Source: an uncultured Candidatus Sumerlaeota bacterium (GTDB lineage Bacteria > CAYMEV01). Taken from it: a stretch of 64,000 bases of DNA. This document shows, piece after piece, positions 8,157 to 16,623 of this stretch; position 1 is the first letter of the stretch; each line of letters starts with the position of its first letter. The notes beneath the pieces are model-generated. The model was not told where the DNA came from, made no database searches, and was given only the letters and a program-made list of their open reading frames with translations. The stretch covers positions 62,001 through 126,000 of the forward strand of contig CAYMEV010000007.1 of the NCBI GenBank assembly GCA_964389675.1. The letters run 5' to 3'. A program made the translations under genes and the position numbers.

Positions 8157-10928
8157 ATGTGCAGGTTAATTAGAGCAGTTACATTAATTCTGCTTTTTGG
8201 CTTTGTTTTTCAGGCAGTTATCTCAGCTGACCCGGTAGTACTGGAAGAGAGTTCGTACCATATAACAATACTTTCAGATCAGAAAGCAGAGATATTATAT
8301 GAGCTGACATTCCAGGAAAATGAATCGAGGAATATGATTCGGGAAATAGGGCAGTTCAGGGGAATATCCCGGATCATTGAAAGTTACGGATATCATGGGG
8401 AAAGAAGGTTTGCAGTTACAATGCAGCCGATAAATAATGATTTCTACAGGGCACTTTTTGATATCAGTACAACAAGGGGCAATACCTATAAGATTGGAAT
8501 CAGATATCTTACAGATATATCTCTTTTTGACCAGACGGATATAAAGGGTAAGGATTACGGTGTTTTCTGGTGGACTCCACTTCAGTGGGTCTTCCCCATA
8601 AAAAAGCAGGTTGTTCAGATAATTCTTCCGATTGAGATAGACAGTTCATATACACAGGCTGAAATGGTAGATGACAGACTTGTTAATTCGACCGGCTTTC
8701 TTTCGGATGACAGGATTGTAAGTTTACAGGACAGATGGATATTCTACCCGTCAAATTACCAGAACAAAAATATGCTTTCACTGCACATAGAAAAAATGAA
8801 ACTGAGGGCGAATGAAAAACAAAACATAAAATTCTATATACCATTTAAATACATAGCAGAAGGCGGACTGACCGCGGGAGTAGACGAACCATCAGAATTC
8901 TATGCCGGAGACATGCTGGAGAAGGGTGACTACAGCATAGCGAATCTGGATATAGGCATAAGCCTGAAGCCTTTGCACAGATCCAATGAATACAAATATG
9001 ATATTACAGATACATCAAACAGGATAGAGATTGATGAGGAAATCAGTTTCAGTTTCTTAATTAGGACAGATGATTCAAGGAATATTATTAGAAGCATTAT
9101 ATCGTTGCAGGAAGGCTATGAGGTTGTTTCAGCACATGCTGACCTGGATGGAAATGAGATAAGGTCTAAAATAAAAACAGAAGCTGGGTCAATATCTGAC
9201 AGCATCCCTGTGTCTTATGACATAATATTGGAAAAAGCTGCAGAAAGAGGCTCAAATCTGGAGATAAGCATCCTGGCAAAAAAGATCCACAAAGAGAGAT
9301 TGCTTGCAGAATTGTATGACGAGAATTTCATGACAAAAATAAGGCTGTTTGGTTTCGGATTTCCAAAAGTGCCTCAGAGTATCAGGACAACAATAGATAC
9401 TGAATTCTTCTGCAAATTTGATAATAATAATCAGCCTTCAGAACCTGAACTTGTAATAGATGAAAAGATAGGGGAATATTTTGAAACGGTTAAAATGATG
9501 GCTAAAGAGACTTCCAGGGGGAGGACATTCTACCTGCCTGAACAGCAGAGGAGCTACCTGACGCCAAATATTGCCTATGAATTTGAGAGCTTTTCAAAAA
9601 AGGAGGATTATATCCCTTTTATTAATGCATATGTTTACCTCTATGCAGGAGATGTAATAGTAGATCCGTTTTTTGGATTCTGGACATTCCTCAATAACCT
9701 TAAAAAACTCGAACTTTCAGAATTTGATTATAAATATCTGTATGAATTTTCAGCTCTGGTTATTGTTCTGCTGGTCCTATTATTCTTTTTGCATTTTGTT
9801 GTATTTATACCCCTGCTTCTGACCCTTGGCATATTAATGCTGATAATTGAGGCTGTGACAAAGGTGAGTGTATTCAACAGGGTCTTCTATCCCGGTGGAA
9901 GAAAGGCAATCAGCCTGACCTCCGGTTATCTTTTTTCATTTAACGCATATATAATTCCATTCAGGATAATTTATTATCTTTCAATAGGTTTAATATTTGG
10001 AGTCCTGTTTCTTTTCTCGTGGCATCCGAAAATTAAGAGGATTTTTGAGAAGAAACCCAAATATATAGCTCCTGAAATAGAGATAGAAACATTTAAAACA
10101 AATGAATCTGTAGAGAACCTTGACCCGATTGAAGCAGCAGTATTTCTGAATATGCCGTCTAAAGCCATTAACCTGCTGGTTATGCAGCTTTACGAGAAGG
10201 GGTATATAGAGATCATTAACAGAAATCCCCTTCAGATGAAACTGCTGAAAAAGGAAGAAGCAGACCTTAAGCCATATGAAAGCCTGTTCTTAAGATCAAT
10301 TGCAGAGGATGGAACCATCGGGAGGAACAAAACAGCTATTATTATTAAGAGTATCTCAAACAGTCTCCAGGGCAAGATATGGAGAGCTGATATCAATAAG
10401 ACCGCTGATTCCTACAGAAAGAGGATTGAAAATCAGTGGCATGATTTTGAAACTATCCCTACCTTTACTGAAAAAAAACCGTATTTTGATATGAATCATC
10501 AGTGGCTTATGCTGAACAGAAGGTTTGCTGACGGCAGCGGGCCTTTTCTTGAAAAAGCTTTTGCAGAAGGCATCAGAAGCAAATCAGTGGAGTTTTTTGA
10601 CTCCATAAGGGACCAGACCAGCGGTATCGGAAACAGCATAAGGGATTTTTCAGAGGGTATTGCCTCTCAGGTAGAAGGGATGTCAAGCAAAATAGTTGAA
10701 AAAATCGAGAACCTTTTCTCCCCTGTTGATGTGAAGCAGGCAGAAACAGAGGCCGCCTATAAGGGCAATATAAGTTCATTTCAGTATGATGCCTGCCATT
10801 CAGCCTGCCACTCAGCCTGTCACTCTGCCTGTGTCCACTCAGCCTGCCATTCAGCATGCCACAGTGCTTGTGTCTGTCATTCAGCCTGCCACTCAGCCTG
10901 CCATAGCGCATGTGTATCGAGATTCTGA
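8157..10928 (+). CDS. Large membrane protein (DUF2207-like architecture) with a C-terminal Cys/His (HSAC)n repeat tail; candidate radical SAM substrate
   Basis: AGGAGG RBS; signal peptide; about 500-aa extracytoplasmic region; TM cluster; LDPIEAAVFL/LYEKGYI/LKPYESLFL segment resembling DUF2207 C-terminal domains; terminal ACHSACHSAC repeat. Confidence 0.75.
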   Translation: MCRLIRAVTLILLFGFVFQAVISADPVVLEESSYHITILSDQKAEILYELTFQENESRNMIREIGQFRGISRIIESYGYHGERRFAVTMQPINNDFYRALFDISTTRGNTYKIGIRYLTDISLFDQTDIKGKDYGVFWWTPLQWVFPIKKQVVQIILPIEIDSSYTQAEMVDDRLVNSTGFLSDDRIVSLQDRWIFYPSNYQNKNMLSLHIEKMKLRANEKQNIKFYIPFKYIAEGGLTAGVDEPSEFYAGDMLEKGDYSIANLDIGISLKPLHRSNEYKYDITDTSNRIEIDEEISFSFLIRTDDSRNIIRSIISLQEGYEVVSAHADLDGNEIRSKIKTEAGSISDSIPVSYDIILEKAAERGSNLEISILAKKIHKERLLAELYDENFMTKIRLFGFGFPKVPQSIRTTIDTEFFCKFDNNNQPSEPELVIDEKIGEYFETVKMMAKETSRGRTFYLPEQQRSYLTPNIAYEFESFSKKEDYIPFINAYVYLYAGDVIVDPFFGFWTFLNNLKKLELSEFDYKYLYEFSALVIVLLVLLFFLHFVVFIPLLLTLGILMLIIEAVTKVSVFNRVFYPGGRKAISLTSGYLFSFNAYIIPFRIIYYLSIGLIFGVLFLFSWHPKIKRIFEKKPKYIAPEIEIETFKTNESVENLDPIEAAVFLNMPSKAINLLVMQLYEKGYIEIINRNPLQMKLLKKEEADLKPYESLFLRSIAEDGTIGRNKTAIIIKSISNSLQGKIWRADINKTADSYRKRIENQWHDFETIPTFTEKKPYFDMNHQWLMLNRRFADGSGPFLEKAFAEGIRSKSVEFFDSIRDQTSGIGNSIRDFSEGIASQVEGMSSKIVEKIENLFSPVDVKQAETEAAYKGNISSFQYDACHSACHSACHSACVHSACHSACHSACVCHSACHSACHSACVSRF
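10791..10925 (+). repeat. Coding tandem repeat with a 12-nt unit encoding His-Ser-Ala-Cys, 9 copies in three blocks of three
   Basis: gcc tgc cat tca gcc tgc cac tca gcc tgt cac tct ... gca tgt gta tcg aga ttc; differences between units are synonymous in this frame. Confidence 0.95.
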
Positions 10929-10929
10929 C

Positions 10930-12342
10930 ATGCGGGACAATCAGAGAAGATATATAGCTGAATTTGTACGGACTACAAGGGATATTGTCTATCTCCGGGA
11001 ATCAGACAGGATAATGATAATCCTTCCAAATAAGATACAGCATCTTAATACCACGGCCTTTGATATTTTTGACCTCCTTTACAATAAATCACTTTCCCCT
11101 GATGATACTGTCAAAACCCTTTCAAGAAAATATGATATTTCAGAAAATAAGATTATCAATGACATGCTCCTGCTTGTTGAAAGTGCCTATGGCATACTTA
11201 ATGAAAATTATGACAATGCAAGGGCCATAAGGACTGTTCCATATGATCCTGACAGCATCAGGTATCCTATCTTATCAGAAATTGCGGTCACATATAGATG
11301 CCAGAACAGATGCAATTTCTGTTATGCCAGCAGTCCATACAGGGGTTGCGGTCCAGAAATGGAAATGAATACCATGGAAGTAAAATCAGTAATATGGAAA
11401 ATAAAAAACCAGGCCATGGTCCCTTCATTGAGTTTTACAGGAGGAGAGCCTACGCTAAGGAAAGACCTGGTTGAGCTGGTCAGATATGCCACCGAAACAG
11501 GGCTAAGGGTGAACCTTATTACAAACGGCATAAAATGTGCAGATATGAAATATGTAAAAAGGCTTGAGGATGCGGGGCTAAAATCAGCACAGGTCAGCCT
11601 GGAATCACATGTTGAAGCAGTCCACAATCAAATTGTCGGGAATAAAAGTGCATATCAGAAAACAATTCAGGGCATAAGGAATCTTGCTGATACTGGAATA
11701 AATGTGCATACCAACACTACAATATGCCAGCAGAATAAAGATCATCTTATAGAGTATGCAGCATTTATAAAAAGGGAGTTTGATTTTCCCTATTTATCAA
11801 TGAATATGATAATCAGAACGGGGACAGCAAGAGAAAATGATAATATCAAAATGTCCTACAGCTATGTCAAGGGCCTTATACCGCCAGTAATTGACTTCTG
11901 CGAGAAGAACGGGATAAAACTGGTCTGGTATTCACCTACTCCTTACTGCATATTTAACCCGGTTGACCACGGGCTTGGAGCAAAATCATGTGCTGCAATA
12001 TCAGGGCTTTTATCAGTAAACCCAGGAGGGGATATTCTGCCCTGTTCAAGCTTTGACAAGGGTGTAGGGAGCCTTTTGAGACATTCTTTTGACTATATCT
12101 GGAATTCAGATCAGGCCCTTTACTGGAGGGAAAGGAGATATATCCCTCCTGTCTGCAGGAAATGTGAATTCAGAGAGCTTTGCGGGGGGGCATGCCCTCT
12201 CTACTGGGAGCATGCAGGTTCATTTGATGAGATCGAGGCTGTCAGGAATGATAAACCGAAAATAAAGAATTTTCTATATAGAATAGAAAAAAGCCTGAGA
12301 ATTCATTCTCACGGGATATCAGGCAGAAAGAAAAGGAGTTGA
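10930..12342 (+). CDS. Radical SAM/SPASM peptide or protein maturase with N-terminal PqqD-like (RRE) domain
   Basis: CQNRCNFC (CxxxCxxC); TGGEP; ITNG; SPASM cysteines KSC...LPC...CRKC...C GGAC; N-terminal HLNTTAFDIFDLL...LSRKYDIS...DM PqqD-like pattern. ATG lies 1 nt after the upstream stop. Confidence 0.9.
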   Translation: MRDNQRRYIAEFVRTTRDIVYLRESDRIMIILPNKIQHLNTTAFDIFDLLYNKSLSPDDTVKTLSRKYDISENKIINDMLLLVESAYGILNENYDNARAIRTVPYDPDSIRYPILSEIAVTYRCQNRCNFCYASSPYRGCGPEMEMNTMEVKSVIWKIKNQAMVPSLSFTGGEPTLRKDLVELVRYATETGLRVNLITNGIKCADMKYVKRLEDAGLKSAQVSLESHVEAVHNQIVGNKSAYQKTIQGIRNLADTGINVHTNTTICQQNKDHLIEYAAFIKREFDFPYLSMNMIIRTGTARENDNIKMSYSYVKGLIPPVIDFCEKNGIKLVWYSPTPYCIFNPVDHGLGAKSCAAISGLLSVNPGGDILPCSSFDKGVGSLLRHSFDYIWNSDQALYWRERRYIPPVCRKCEFRELCGGACPLYWEHAGSFDEIEAVRNDKPKIKNFLYRIEKSLRIHSHGISGRKKRS

Positions 12343-12345
12343 GAG

Positions 12346-13620
12346 ATGTCAGATCTGGCCGTTTGTATATCCTATATGGATGATACAAGGAAAGACCTTG
12401 ATTTACTTATTGGAAAACTGGAAAAACTGCAGAGATATTTTTCTGATAATTTTGAAAATGTTGTCAGGATCAGAAATGACGAGTTCGAGTTCCTTCAGGA
12501 TGCATTTTTCAGATCAGACCCAGCCTTTCCTCAAGAGATTAAAGAAATTTTCAGGGCAGAGCTTCCTGTTCAACAGGCAGAATATGAAAAGAATTATGAT
12601 GAATTAAAAGGCAATGTAGATGATCTTGCTAAAAGGCTGAAAAAAGTGGATTCGCAGAGAATATCACTGCTTGATACATTTAAGAGGTTCAATCAGGACC
12701 TTGACCGCAGGGAAGAAAACTTGAAAACCAAGATTTATGCCCTTGAAGAGAAGATCTCCAGCTATAATAGAAAGATTGATGAATTGAACAGGGGGATTGG
12801 TTTCATAATTAATCTCTTCAATATGAAAAGATTGCAGAAAGAAAAAGAAAGATACCTTAAAGCACGAAAGAAAATGGTGGAGGAGATTGAGGATATTAGA
12901 AAAAGGTGGAAGGACAAGGAAGGTGAGATAACAAAAGAGCTGGAGGGCCTTAAAGAATCATGGAACAACCCTCAGACTGAATTCTCATTGATTTCAGAAA
13001 AGCTCAAATATCTGGAGGAGAATAAGCACGAATTAATACAGAAAACAGCCTTTTCCGAAACCCTGAAAAAGCTTAAAGGAAGTGAGGTATTCCTCCTGAA
13101 GCTTATTCAATCAGACAGGCCTGAGAAAATAATGTCATGCCCCAGATGCAGGTCCGACAATAAAAATAATATATTCTTCTGCTTCTACTGCGGGGAGAGA
13201 TTCTCCGAAAACCGGCCTGACATTGAAGGAAGCCTTGTTGAGGTAGGAGAGCTTAACGAGGTTTATGAAAGCCTTCTGGAGGGAATAAAAGAGTCTGTGT
13301 CCTTTCTTGCCCTCTTAAAGGGCATAAAAACTGGAATTGATGCCATAAGGAAATCCTATGCATCTGTAAAAAAGAGCCAGGATACCTATTCATCGCTTAA
13401 AAAACTTAAAATATCAATACCTGAAGTTTCAAAACAGATCCCTTACCTTATAAACAAATTAAACGGGAGTATCACTCTTGAATTTAAAAATCTGCACCCC
13501 AAAGCATATTTTGAACCATATAAAGCGTTTATCCAAGACTATTTTGCCGAAGAAAATATAAAAATATTCTTTGAGGCCATGGGAGAGGAGCTTAATAAGA
13601 CTACAAAAGCCCAGTGGTAG
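12346..13620 (+). CDS. Coiled-coil protein with internal zinc ribbon (CPRC...CFYC)
   Basis: Heptad-rich K/E helices; CPRCRSDNKNNIFFCFYCG; starts 3 nt after the radical SAM stop. Confidence 0.7.
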   Translation: MSDLAVCISYMDDTRKDLDLLIGKLEKLQRYFSDNFENVVRIRNDEFEFLQDAFFRSDPAFPQEIKEIFRAELPVQQAEYEKNYDELKGNVDDLAKRLKKVDSQRISLLDTFKRFNQDLDRREENLKTKIYALEEKISSYNRKIDELNRGIGFIINLFNMKRLQKEKERYLKARKKMVEEIEDIRKRWKDKEGEITKELEGLKESWNNPQTEFSLISEKLKYLEENKHELIQKTAFSETLKKLKGSEVFLLKLIQSDRPEKIMSCPRCRSDNKNNIFFCFYCGERFSENRPDIEGSLVEVGELNEVYESLLEGIKESVSFLALLKGIKTGIDAIRKSYASVKKSQDTYSSLKKLKISIPEVSKQIPYLINKLNGSITLEFKNLHPKAYFEPYKAFIQDYFAEENIKIFFEAMGEELNKTTKAQW

Positions 13621-13745
13621 TATCAATATAAAATGGCCAGAATTGCAAAAGGATCCTGAGAATGTTCAATGAAATAAATTCTGCCCCCACTGGTTTGCAT
13701 ACTCTGGAAAATATGCCCATTTATCCTACTGGTCCAGATAGTCAT

Positions 13746-15197
13746 CTACCACTGCTGTTCAATTATATCTATATCATTACTAAGCCTGTCCGGAGCAAAT
13801 AATCTGATCCTGTCTGTTACCCTGTTCTTTATGCTCCTGAGTCCTGGTTCAAAAAGGCTGTATTTTTTATCCGCTGATATGAAAACAAGATTTGTCTGAA
13901 ATTTCCTCGGTACTAATGTACCCAGTCTGCCGACAGCTACATATGTCTCTTTCAGGGTCACCCCTTCAATGCTTCCCCATGAAAGAAAAGCTGTTGATGC
14001 CGGGTAATAAATCCTTATGCCTTTTGAATCAATCAGTATGCTCTGCCCGCACATATTTGCCGAAAACCAGGAAAAAATTAGCATGACGGGAAGATATCCC
14101 ACTGAACAGACGGCCCTGAAGGCTGCATCACTTATAATGGAAGTCATTTTGAATGCATGCACAAGAAAATAATCTATGACACAATAGGAGCCGACACACA
14201 ATGCAACTATTATTATAAAATCAGCAATATATATGCTCCATCCCGGATTTATTGCAATCCCTTCATTCCTTGCATAGACCCTTTTTGCTGAGAGAATTCC
14301 AAGTAACAGGAACAGTGACGCAAAAAGGTATCTTGGAATCCTGTGGTGCTTTATATTAATAAGGATATCCTCCGTTGAGACCTCCGAATATACTATGATG
14401 AGATAATCATTGCATATGAACCTTATCCCTTTTTCAGACCAGCCCAGCTTTTTGTTCAGTGAAGCCCAGGTACCTGGTTTTATCTCAATCCTCTTTTCTG
14501 CGAAGAGTTGCATCCATTTCACATGGTCCTGAGAATTTAAGACAGAATCTATCTCCCTTGTTCTTTTTTCTGAAAAATCGTTCATTGCCTTGAGTGTTTC
14601 TTCAATATTCTGCTGAGAGTTGCCTGGATCATATGGACGCGTGGTCCCTGATGCTTCTGGATCTAATTTACTGCTGCTCATTTTGTCTATTGTTTCATCC
14701 AGGGACCTTATATAGCTTCTTAATGGAGGGAATTGATCAAGGTCTGTCAATTCCAGCCTGCGGATGCCTTCAGGATATTCTGACAGGCCGATTAAATAAA
14801 GCCATCCCAGCTCATAGATCAGGGTTGGTTCTAAAATATAGGTTCTTTTATCAAAGGTAAAGCAGAGATATTTATCGTAATTTTCTCTGAAAGAACCTGT
14901 AAATTTACCAAGCCTGTCCGTATAAATGCTTGACTTATTTCTTTCCAGTGTCGAAATAGGCGGTGAAGAGATCAGGTTGTAGATTTCAGGAAACTCATTC
15001 AGGCCATCTTCTGCTATTTCAACAGGAAGCCTGCTGCATAATCTAATTATTTTGTCAGTATCAAGGCATACAGCGTTTAGGTAGAAATACCTGGCCTTTA
15101 TTTGTCCTTTGTATTTGCCGGAATATGGTCCGATAGCAAGAGTTATGCCCAGGCTTAAGAATAAAAAGAATAAGAATCTTCTTTTATACTGGTTCAT
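13746..15197 (-). CDS. Hypothetical membrane protein (N-terminal TM/signal, 3 C-proximal TMs, possible PH-like C-terminal domain)
   Basis: 483-aa ORF with hydrophobic segments; SILIDSKGIRIY...LSWGSIEGV resembles bacterial PH-domain patterns. Confidence 0.6.
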   Translation of the reverse strand: MNQYKRRFLFFLFLSLGITLAIGPYSGKYKGQIKARYFYLNAVCLDTDKIIRLCSRLPVEIAEDGLNEFPEIYNLISSPPISTLERNKSSIYTDRLGKFTGSFRENYDKYLCFTFDKRTYILEPTLIYELGWLYLIGLSEYPEGIRRLELTDLDQFPPLRSYIRSLDETIDKMSSSKLDPEASGTTRPYDPGNSQQNIEETLKAMNDFSEKRTREIDSVLNSQDHVKWMQLFAEKRIEIKPGTWASLNKKLGWSEKGIRFICNDYLIIVYSEVSTEDILINIKHHRIPRYLFASLFLLLGILSAKRVYARNEGIAINPGWSIYIADFIIIVALCVGSYCVIDYFLVHAFKMTSIISDAAFRAVCSVGYLPVMLIFSWFSANMCGQSILIDSKGIRIYYPASTAFLSWGSIEGVTLKETYVAVGRLGTLVPRKFQTNLVFISADKKYSLFEPGLRSIKNRVTDRIRLFAPDRLSNDIDIIEQQW

Positions 15198-15233
15198 TAA
15201 ATTCCAGAACTGACAGCAGCATGAATGTAATCT

Positions 15234-15764
15234 TTACTTTTCATCCATGGAAAATATTTGATCGCTTCGCTCAATCCTGCCCTTTTTCAAGGTTATACTT
15301 CCCCCACATTGAGAGCATTTCTGAATCGGGTCTCTCAGTGGATATTCGGTATTGCAGTAAGAGCAATACTTGACAACTATCTCATGGAGAAAATCAGGGA
15401 ATATATATGTCGGCCTCTGACCAGATGTATCAAGCACCGCTGTTCTGTCTATCAGCATTTTTTCCATAGCTTTTTCAACCTGTGGATAGGTTCCGAGTTC
15501 AGCTATGATGGCTTCCTTTTTCAGGTAGCCATTATTAATTTTTGCAAGTGACAATATAGAATTAATAACCTGTGACGGGGAAAGATCAAAGCCTGTTTTA
15601 AGAATGCTTCCTCCAAGGAATCCCAGCAAGGAACCGGATATTATCAGGATAATCCCCGGTACTAACCTGCTTGAAGAGCCTCCTGAGGCAATTATAAAAA
15701 TAAGCCCCATCAAAAAGAACAATACTGCAATCAGTATTATTATATATCCAATGACTTTCCTCAT
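15234..15764 (-). CDS. Small 2-TM membrane protein with C-terminal zinc ribbon
   Basis: Start re-assigned to ATG 15764 behind AAGGAGG; two TM helices; CSYC...CSQCGG. Confidence 0.7.
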   Translation of the reverse strand: MRKVIGYIIILIAVLFFLMGLIFIIASGGSSSRLVPGIILIISGSLLGFLGGSILKTGFDLSPSQVINSILSLAKINNGYLKKEAIIAELGTYPQVEKAMEKMLIDRTAVLDTSGQRPTYIFPDFLHEIVVKYCSYCNTEYPLRDPIQKCSQCGGSITLKKGRIERSDQIFSMDEK

Positions 15765-15795
15765 GCTTATATCCTCCTTGAAAAGAAACAGCATA

Positions 15796-16623
15796 TCATA
15801 AAAATATTTCCATATCCTGGTAAGCGGCTTCAATATCAAAGCTTGCCTGCTTTTTGTAGAAAGATACTATCTCTTTAAGTTCCCTATCCGTTCTTTCAGG
15901 TGAATGATGGAAAAATATAAGTTTTTTTGTATTTGAGTCTTTTGCTAAATTTACAGCATCTTCAAAAGTAGAATGGCCCCATTTCTTCGTATATCTGTAT
16001 TCTTTGCGGGTATACATTGCATCATGAATGATAAGGTCTGAATTTTTGCAAAAGTTGACATAATCTTCATAATCCAGACCGTTTTCATGTTTGAGCATAA
16101 GTTCATTATCTGTCAGGAAAAGAAAAGACCTTCCATCATATTCAAATTTATAGCCGACCCCACCGTTAGGATGGCTGATAGACACAGGCGTTATTTTAAC
16201 ATTATCTATAATTACAGGTTCCTTGCAAAGGTTAATATAAATGTTCCTGGACCTTATATCCATAAATGGAACAGGAAAAAAAGGCGGCTTCATTGTATTT
16301 GAAAGTACAGATTCAATGCTTTTAGAGAAACACTTATTCCCGTATATGGTAATACTGGTATTGGATCTGAACAAAGGCTTAAAGAATGGGAATCCGACAA
16401 TATGATCATAATGTGAATGTGTGAAGAAAATATATATTTCACTGTCATTTATGAGGCCCTCACCAATCCTTCTTATGGCTGTTCCGGCATCTACTATGAT
16501 AGACCTGCCTGATGGGGTCTTTATCTGGACAGATGTAGTATCTCCGCCATGAATGATATAATCTCTGCCTGATACCGGTAGAGACCCCCTGCAGCCAAAG
16601 ATCTTGATAAATAGATTATTCAT
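15796..16623 (-). CDS. MBL-fold metallo-hydrolase (PhnP/RNase Z-like)
   Basis: GCRGSLP, DAGT, THSHYDH, HPNG, TDNE, HDA, WGHST and FHH motifs; start MNNLF at 16623. Confidence 0.88.
   Translation of the reverse strand: MNNLFIKIFGCRGSLPVSGRDYIIHGGDTTSVQIKTPSGRSIIVDAGTAIRRIGEGLINDSEIYIFFTHSHYDHIVGFPFFKPLFRSNTSITIYGNKCFSKSIESVLSNTMKPPFFPVPFMDIRSRNIYINLCKEPVIIDNVKITPVSISHPNGGVGYKFEYDGRSFLFLTDNELMLKHENGLDYEDYVNFCKNSDLIIHDAMYTRKEYRYTKKWGHSTFEDAVNLAKDSNTKKLIFFHHSPERTDRELKEIVSFYKKQASFDIEAAYQDMEIFL

Noticed and set aside
10791-10925. Repeat read as a CRISPR array or as a multiheme c-type cytochrome
   Set aside because: The 12-nt units have no spacers and there are no cas genes. The motifs are overlapping CxxxCH rather than CxxCH, probably cytoplasmic, and no cytochrome c maturation genes are in the window.
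10786-10929. ORF-track N-terminal extension of the radical SAM protein (MMPAIQPATQP...)
   Set aside because: This is an alternate-frame reading of the HSAC repeat. Unit variation is synonymous only in the HSAC frame, and ATG 10930 directly follows the upstream stop.
10930-12342. Radical SAM enzyme as anaerobic sulfatase maturase, PqqE or heme-synthesis Ahb/NirJ
   Set aside because: The only sulfatase-like gene is 18 kb away and lacks (C/S)xPxR. No pqq or ahb genes are nearby. The RRE-like domain and adjacent Cys-rich tail fit a peptide maturase better, though phylogeny is needed to exclude these fully.
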